From Moniliella sp. 'wahieum' (taxonomy: Eukaryota), in assembly GCA_003971905.1 (NCBI GenBank), contig RSEE01000020.1, positions 372,001-436,000 on the forward strand: DNA of 64,000 nt, given 5' to 3'. Position numbers and translations under genes: made by a program. Shown piece by piece: positions 56,801 to 64,000 of the stretch (positions within the stretch are counted from its first letter, which is position 1; each line of letters starts with the position of its first letter). The notes under the pieces were generated by a model. The model saw only the letters and a list, made by a program, of their open reading frames with translations. It did no database searches and had not been told where the DNA came from.

Positions 56801-57523
56801 GCTCAGTCATTGAATTTTCCAAGGCTACGGCACCCCACCCCACCGGGCGGGTTCCCCGAGCCGTTGCGGACCAAGATCTTGCGCGGCAAGCCCAAGATCC
56901 AAGGGCGCCCTGGCGCAACGATGGCGCCAGTGGACCTACGCCAGATCAAGAAGGACTTGACAAAGAAGTACGGCAAGACGATCACCACGGCAGATGCGAT
57001 CAGCTATGCCATGTACCCTAAGGTGTTTGAGGAGTTCCATGCCTTTTTGGACCAGTATGGGGACCTGTCCCACCTTCCGACTCGCTACTTCCTTAGCAAG
57101 GCCCCCGTCGGCGAGGAGATTCACGCCTACATTGACCGTGGCAAGTTGCTCATCATCAAGCTTTTGGCGGTGGGAGCCGTCAATGCAGACAAGGGCACGC
57201 GCGAAGTGTTTTTTGAGCTGAACGCCGAGCCCCGCTCCATCATTGTCGAGGACAAGAGCGCAGCCGTGGAGACCGTGCACCGTGAGCGGGCGCGTGCGGG
57301 CGAGGCAGGTGAGGTGGGATCCCCGTTGGCTGCGGTGGTGGTGGAAGTGCGAGCGCAGGAGGGCCACCAGGTCAAGGCAGGCGACCCCCTGGCGGTGCTG
57401 AGCGCGATGAAGATGGAAACCGTTGTTTCCTCTCCCGTTTCGGGCAAGGTGAAGCGGATCGTAGTTGAGGCAGGCGACTCGGTCTCGGCTGGCGACTTGC
57501 TGTTTGTTGTGGGCCACGAATAG
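53868..57523 (+). CDS. PYC: Pyruvate carboxylase
   Basis: [76 protein letters not shown], biotin site SAMKMETVV; intron ~54238-54300. Confidence 0.97.
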
Positions 57524-58471
57524 TTGTTTGTTTGTTGCCCCCTATGATCATGCAGATCATGCACTCGTGCATCATCAGATCTCAGATCGCAGATCTCAGC
57601 GTTCGCCCTCGCTACTTTCCTATGTCCCTCCTATCTTCTACCGTCTACATTGTCATCTCACTTGATCCACAAAAAAAGGCGAGAAAGAGTCAGAACTGGC
57701 CTCGTTCTAACCTGCGTTTATGCAGTATGTTATAGAGCACGGCTGGTATAGGCGCATTGCAGTGGGGATGCAACGTTAGTAGAAACCGTGTCTGTAGATC
57801 GCCCGTAGGCGCGGCGGGCGAGCAAAAGGGTAGGATCAGTCCGTTGGTGGAGAGCTACTCAAGACTCAAATGCGTTAGATAGGGCATTAGTATATCATCA
57901 GAAAGGCGCAAGGTCCCCGTTTCTAAAAGACTCAAGCCAATCAATCGCGTTGTTGAATCATATGCAAAAGATGTCGACACCACACACTTCATACGCCTTT
58001 CCAACCCGTCGTCCCACCACAAGGTTGCGTTCGCTTTGTGTTATGGCAGCATTTCGTTATGGCCCACCTCCTCCACTGGTTCTCGTTGGGAGTGCTCCTT
58101 AGCGCGTACTACGAGATTACCATCAGATTACCTCTTCCACATCCATAGTACCTCGAGCATGTCTCGTTCCCTGTCCTCCCAGTCGCGTATTCTCAAGGTC
58201 GAAGAGATGGAACAAGGGCACGGAAGAGCCCACGTACAATGGATTGGTCCTAGCGGCTCGCTTGCGGCCCAGCTTCACCAACGGTGGATTCGCCACTACA
58301 AAGACAAGTGCGTCAGACTTCAGGATGCAGTAAATCCATACCTATGCGACGGGACGGTGGAGCCTAGAGCGGGGGGAGGAGGGAGATGAGAGATATAGTC
58401 GGGCCACAGGGGGAGGATCCACGTGAGCGACCAGTGGCCACCGACCAAGGTGCCAAGCGGGGCGGTACCCA

Positions 58472-60892
58472 TCAGGCCAAGTACTAGTACAAGTCCTTCT
58501 GACCCTCGACGCGCTCAAGGTACTCCTTGTCAATCAACACGTCGATGGCTTTCTTGATGTCGGGAACGGCCGGCTTGAAGCGGGTGAGAATCTGTTCAAT
58601 GACCGCAGAGATCAACAGGTTATGCTTGAGTTGTTTGCGTGCTTTCATGATGCGCACAATCGCGGCTTGGATCTTGATTTCGCGCTCCTGCTGCACACTC
58701 TGCAGCACCTCGTTGCTCTCTTGTTTCTGCTCCGTCTTGATCGGTACGTTCAGGTTGAACTTGAGCTTCTTCGATTTGAATGCGCGGTTGATCTTGAACT
58801 TCTTGCCTCCGTCCATCGGAAGCACCACCTTGGCCTTACTCAAGAGAGTGAGGTTGGGCTTCAGCAACTCATCGGAAATGTCCGTCGCGGAACGGATCTC
58901 GTTGTACGTCAGAGTCGCGTCGGCGCCTCGTTGAACGCCATCAAAATGGCCGCCTGCCAGGCCGAAGTCATGAGAGTGTACTCTTGATCGAAGCACTTGG
59001 CCGTCAGCTCGGCCCGGGACATGTTCCACAGATAATCCAACTTGCGTCCTTGAAAGCGCTTTTCCGTGTAAAACGTATTGAACTGGTTGATGTACCGCTG
59101 CAGGCTCTTGGTGGAATAAAGCCAGAGTTGGATTTGGTCAGGGGCCAGTGCACACTGCTCAACACCATCGCACTAAAGTCCATCTTGGGCTTAGGCACAC
59201 CCAACTCGACCGAGTATTCAGTAAAGCTATTGTTGAGCTCTTTGCTGAGATTGACGTCTTGGAACATGCGCTGCAGTGCACTCGTGTACTCAAACCCACA
59301 GGCCTCCTTAAGCTTGGTGATCATGTACAACTCGGCATCGTCTGATGTTGACGTCTGCTGCACTAGCCGGCCAGCGAGGTGCTTCGAATAGAACTTCTGG
59401 AACACGTCCTTGTCGGTCAGGTACTTGAAGATGACCATCACATCGTCCAAATCTTGTTCGAGGCGGCCCTCTTGATGGCCCTTGACACCCTTGTTGAGGA
59501 GCCGGTGTGTGTTGGGCGACTAGAGCAGGGACTTGGACAGACTCGTGCCGGTGACCGCGTTGGAGTTGACAAAGCTGGAGCATGCTTTATCCAAGGCGGC
59601 ATGCATCTTGGCCTCGTTGGCAAAGCACTCTTTGACGATACTGACACATGAATCGTGGACATCAAGGATAGCCTTGAAGTAAACATCAGCATCGACCTCG
59701 CCACCCTTGGCGAGACTTCGGTTGCTTCAAGCCCCTTGTTCTGACAAAGTGTTCAAACTTGACCCGGAAGTTGGGAAGGAGATGGACCACGTTGCAGAGC
59801 AACCGGTACATCCGCGTCAGATCGTCCTTTTGATCACGGCGAAGAAGGTCATCAAAGATGCCATCAAAGCGCCAACTTGGTCTGCCAGCAAGGCTTGGTA
59901 GCAGTTGGATTGCAATCTATACTCAGTCGTGGCATGGAGGTAGCGTTGCACCCGCTCCTCCTCCTCCCGCAGACGCACTTCAACCTTCTTCATGTAGTCC
60001 GTTACCCCATTCTTGGCGATGTACTCGGCCGACTCGGCCTGGTAAAAGCGCGTTGTCTCCTCAAGGAAGTACTCTTCAAAGCCCTTGCTGTACACGATCA
60101 GATCAGGTGGTCGCGCTTCGTCCTGGGTTACGCCGAGCGTGACAAAGCTGCTGATGACCGTCTTCAGCATGCTCGTGTCGACAATCTCGCCGTTGCGCTG
60201 CCGTTCCACTTGACGTAGGAGGGCATTGGTAAGCTTCAACTTGTCGTGCTGCTGCAGTTGGCGGTACATGAACTCCTTCCATTGAATCAAGGCAACCTGC
60301 ACGCGTTGGGGGGAGGTGAGTATGTCAGGGAACAAGGTCGAACGTCGAGACTACCAAAGGAGGAAAACAGAGGGAAGAAGACATACAACATAGATAGTGT
60401 GTACATCAAGGCTGCCATTTGCCTTCTGGTACGACACCCAGCGCCGGTTCAGGTAAGAGCAGAGGTGGTTGACGTACTTGGCCCCGTCGGTATACCGCTC
60501 CCATTGCTTGCGGTAGTACTGCAGCAATTGTTCGTCCTCCAATTCCTCGGCGCCCGCGTAGATCTTCCGTACGCGGTTCTCCAGGTACTCAACGATCTTG
60601 AGATACATTTCCTTCCCGAGCATCTGCACACCCGCCCGTCCGTACGGTCGCTGGGCCGGTGGGGCAAAGCCTACGCCAGTACAGTAGTTGTAAATTCGGG
60701 TGAAGAGATGCGAGTAGTCGTTGTGGCTCACCTCCTCGGTTTGGGAAACCATCTGGACAAAATTGCAGCGTGGTTAGGACAGAGGCGGCGCGGATCAGCA
60801 CAGGGACATACCAGACGTTCAATGCCGCTCTCGACAAAGCGCCAGACCTCATCAGGTCTGTGCTCATGCGGATGTGCAGGAGCGCAGGTCAT
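58472..60892 (-). CDS. CUL1: Cullin-1 (SCF scaffold, Cdc53/Cul1)
   Basis: IYNYCTG, YLNRRWV, QRNGEIVD, FKYLTDKDVFQKFYSK, KLKEACGFEYTS..RMFQD, NLNVPIKTEQK, neddylation motif AIVRIMKARK, LIDKEYLER..DLY*YLA*. Confidence 0.93.
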
Positions 60893-61426
60893 GGTCAGTA
60901 GACGCGGGGGGGAGGGATGCGTGCATGAAGGACATACGAGGCCAAGTTGGAAAGACCGGCCATGGCCATGGTGCCAGGGTGGGGATGCGGGTGTGGCGTG
61001 GGGAGGAGCGGGGCGTGTGGAAGCACGGGCAGCGAAGAGAACAGCGGAGGGGTGCGTGCGTGCCAAGGCCTTGTCGGGAGAGAGCTGCGGCAGGGGCTGG
61101 ATGGTGACGGTGGTGGCGGTGGCGGTGGTGGTGGCGATGGGAATGGCTATGGTTGCCGACGCACTGAGGAGCGTCGATGGGGCAGAACGCCGAGGCGCGG
61201 CGCTGGCTGGCGTGGCCCAGCAGCCGGATGACGTAACAGAGCACATGGGCAGGGCGCCAGTGTCGCTGTGCCTCCGCAGCGCCGAGCAGGCAGCATGCAG
61301 GCCGCATCACCGGTGGCCACCGCTCACCGCATCGCAGCGCGCCTTCAGCCAGCGTCCCCACCGACCTCACCGCCATCCACCGCCGCCCACCGCCGTCCAC
61401 CGCCGTCCCCGCCGCCCACCGCCGCC

Positions 61427-61868
61427 ATGGCCGACATGTCTGAGGACGACCCCTGGAGGCGCTGCACCAGCGCATGGTCACCACCGGCGCCTGGGATCGC
61501 CTCATCGAGAAGATGCGTGCCCTGCTCACCGCCACGTCCCGAGGATGATCTCGCGGCCTTTGCGCAAGGTACGTGCTCGGCTCTCTCCTTCCTCCCTCCG
61601 CGTGCTGCGTCTCCACACTCTGCTAACTTTCTATGACCCCTAGGCGAGCTGAGCCCAGCCCAGCGTCGATCTCGCTGCGCTCGTGGAGAGGATAACACCC
61701 GAAGCCGTCGGTCCGTAGACCTCCCGCTCAAGTTGGAACTGGAATGGGGATTTTTGGTACTGACACTCGTCTCTCGTCTCTCCAGACTCGGTCCCCGAAT
61801 CGATTCGGACGACCATGCAAGCATCCATTATGAAGTTCCTCCAGGACAACCTTGAGCTGGAGACGTAA
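61427..61868 (+). CDS. SUS1: Transcription and mRNA export factor Sus1/ENY2
   Basis: Spliced and frameshift-corrected product LEALHQRMVTTGAWDRLIEKMRALL..LAALVERITPEAVDSVPESIRTTMQASIMKFLQDNLELET*; introns 61569-61643 and 61711-61785; no single ORF in the track covers it. Confidence 0.82.
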
Positions 61869-62383
61869 CCCCGATGTGCGCGACGACCATCTTCGTCCTG
61901 GCCCGCCCCGCCCGTCTCGGTCTTGTCAAGCCCAGCATCCCCTAAAAGGGCCAAAAAATGTACTTTTACTGCCATCATAGCGTTTGTTTTGGTGTCCCCC
62001 GACCGCATCTTGCCCGCGCCGGTAATTGGGCTGTTGAGAGGGGCCTGTTAGATGAGATGACGTTCTGGGCCCCCCATGCCTGCTTGGGGTCGTGGGCTGG
62101 TGTCTGTCGAGCGCAGGGGATGCGGCCCATCAAAATGGGGAGCGACGTGAGATGGCTCATAGTCTTACGCCAGAGCTGCCTCACGCTGCGTAAAGTCGGT
62201 GGGCCACTGAACCGGGGAGGGGTACACGTGGGATAGATTCGGCGGGCCGTGCGAGGACTACGCGACTACGCGTCGCAGTGTGACGGGCGAAACTAAATAA
62301 AGACCCACATCGCGCAACCCTGGTTCCAGCTGCGCCCTTCGCCAGCCGGCAGCGCTCATCTCCCAATTACCACCACCACTCCC

Positions 62384-63750
62384 ATGCCACGCCTCGCCAC
62401 GTCTGAGCAGCAGCACCGCCACCTCGCCCCGCCCATCGGCAGCCGCCGCTGGACCTGCTCATCTGGTACAAGCCTGTGCCCATGGACACGCTCTTGCTGC
62501 CAACAGCCTGCCCTTGCCTCCGCAGGCGCAGGTGCCCCGTGCCAACCCAGCCGAGGTCAGGGTGGCAATCGGCACCACGGCACTGACGGTTGCTCAAGAC
62601 GGCTGCGGTGCTGTGGATCCTGGACGACCTTGCGATTGGGTGGCACCTGTTCAAGGAGGGTGCTGCCATTGCCTTCGTCGTACAACTCATGGTCGACTTG
62701 CTCCGCAGCTGGGCCATCCTAGCCCTGGCTGTCATCATCCGCCGCACTCCCAGTCGGCACATGTGCTGCTCTCTCTGGCCCACTATTACCATCCTCACCA
62801 TCTTGTCGTTGGGCGAGATCGGTCGTTCGGTACGCTGCGCCCTGTCTGCTCTTTTGCTCGTATCGTTACTCATGCTCTGCAGTCGTATCCCAAGTCATGT
62901 ACTCCAAAGCGCGTAGCCGCTGGCACAACACGAGAAACTGGAACTCTTGGAGCTGGAAACGATGGGACTGCTCTTGCTTGACTTGCTGTGCTGGCTGTGC
63001 TGCCACGTCATCTACCTTCTGGGCGAAGCCCCCTCAACGAATTCCTCACTACCGAGATCTTCCCCGAACAGGTCTATGTGATCCTTCCACCAGGAAACTG
63101 CTCGGCCAACGCCCTCCTCCCCGCCCCAACACCCCGCGTCCTCCCTCACAGAGAACTCCTCTGGTTGCCCCACCACCCGCTGTTCCTTCCCCTGACCCAC
63201 ACCGACTCCGCCCCCCCAACCCCGGCAAACGGTCCAGCCCGCCCCAAGCCACGACAACCTTCCCCCCCACCGCCCCACAAGACCATAAGACACCACGCAG
63301 CCTGTCACAGGCACCCTGATTGACGCCCCGCCGTCGTACACCCCTATCGATGAGACTCTCACTTCGGCTCCTGCCGCTTCGACGACCGCAACCGAAACGG
63401 AGAGCATGGCTGAACGTCTTCCCCACGCGCAGAGCAGAGACGGACAGCGGCGATGGAATGGGACTGGGAGGACCAGCCGTTGCAAAGTTCTGAGTCGGAC
63501 CCCCAAGCTGCTTGGGGAAACTAAACCCGTCGCACCCGTGCGCATGTGCCTTCCCCTTCCTCAGCCTCGGCCTCTGCCTCTTTTTCCTCCTCCTTCTCTG
63601 CCTCCTTCTCCTTCTTCACTTCTTACCGTCTTGGTCCGCTTCATCCTCCAAGCCACGCATCTTCACGACTCCTTGTGCGGCAGACTTGACGTTCACCCCA
63701 TCGTCGCCATTGCATTGTATTGGCGTCATGAAACTGCCCGCTTTTGCTAG
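62384..63750 (+). CDS. Hypothetical membrane protein, fragmented
   Basis: ATG at 62384; hydrophobic segments AAVLWILDDLAIGW..AIAFVVQLMV and LLLLDLLCWLCC followed by a Pro-rich tail; 3' limit uncertain. Confidence 0.4.
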
Positions 63751-64000
63751 CCATTGAACAACGATCCTACCATCGAGTTTCCACTCTGGCTGGTGTTCCC
63801 TTGTCCCTATTGTCACTATGGCCTGAACTAGCAGAGGAGGCTGTGGAGGGTTGAGGGTTGAGGATTGAGGTTCGGTGTGTCGGATTCAAACTCACATGGT
63901 TCCCTTGACTTGGTACCACTGCAGTAGCGTTGGAACATTCAAGGAAGCTGTCGGGATGGGAGAGAGATTCAGCTGTGTTGGCTGGGGGGGGCATTACCCC

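Noticed and set aside
53868..57523. PYC and other host genes as pseudogenes or programmed frameshift cases
   Set aside because: Frame breaks are scattered across all genes with motifs intact, which is best explained by sequencing indels.
60246..61643. 465-aa plus-strand ORF
   Set aside because: It is antisense to CUL1 and crosses the GC-rich bidirectional promoter; no domain signal.

Overview
GC-rich fungal genomic DNA, with basidiomycete-type spliceosomal introns (GTRNGT...CTRAC...YAG); the finer taxonomy cannot be fixed from this window. The assembly looks like unpolished long-read sequence: most conserved genes are split by single-base frameshifts, so gene limits are stitched from several ORFs and are approximate. 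Host genes: a Wsc/Mid2-like membrane protein, ENP2/NOL10, a Puf4/Mpt5-type Pumilio protein, a DOPA 4,5-dioxygenase-family protein, a divergent RAM2-like prenyltransferase alpha subunit, TAM41, EPL1, TMA7, a STRAP-like WD40 protein, a type II NADH dehydrogenase, pyruvate carboxylase, cullin-1, SUS1 and several hypothetical genes. The main accessory feature is a complete 9.1-kb CMC/EnSpm (CACTA-like) transposon at 43503-52629, with ~25-bp TIRs and a 2-bp CT target duplication. It contains a 10x23-bp subterminal array, an intron-containing DDE transposase, a divergent second ORF, a Helitron 3' end, and an unexplained array of six regularly spaced canonical introns with no continuous ORF. A ~490-bp non-autonomous Helitron with the same 3' end lies upstream of TAM41.
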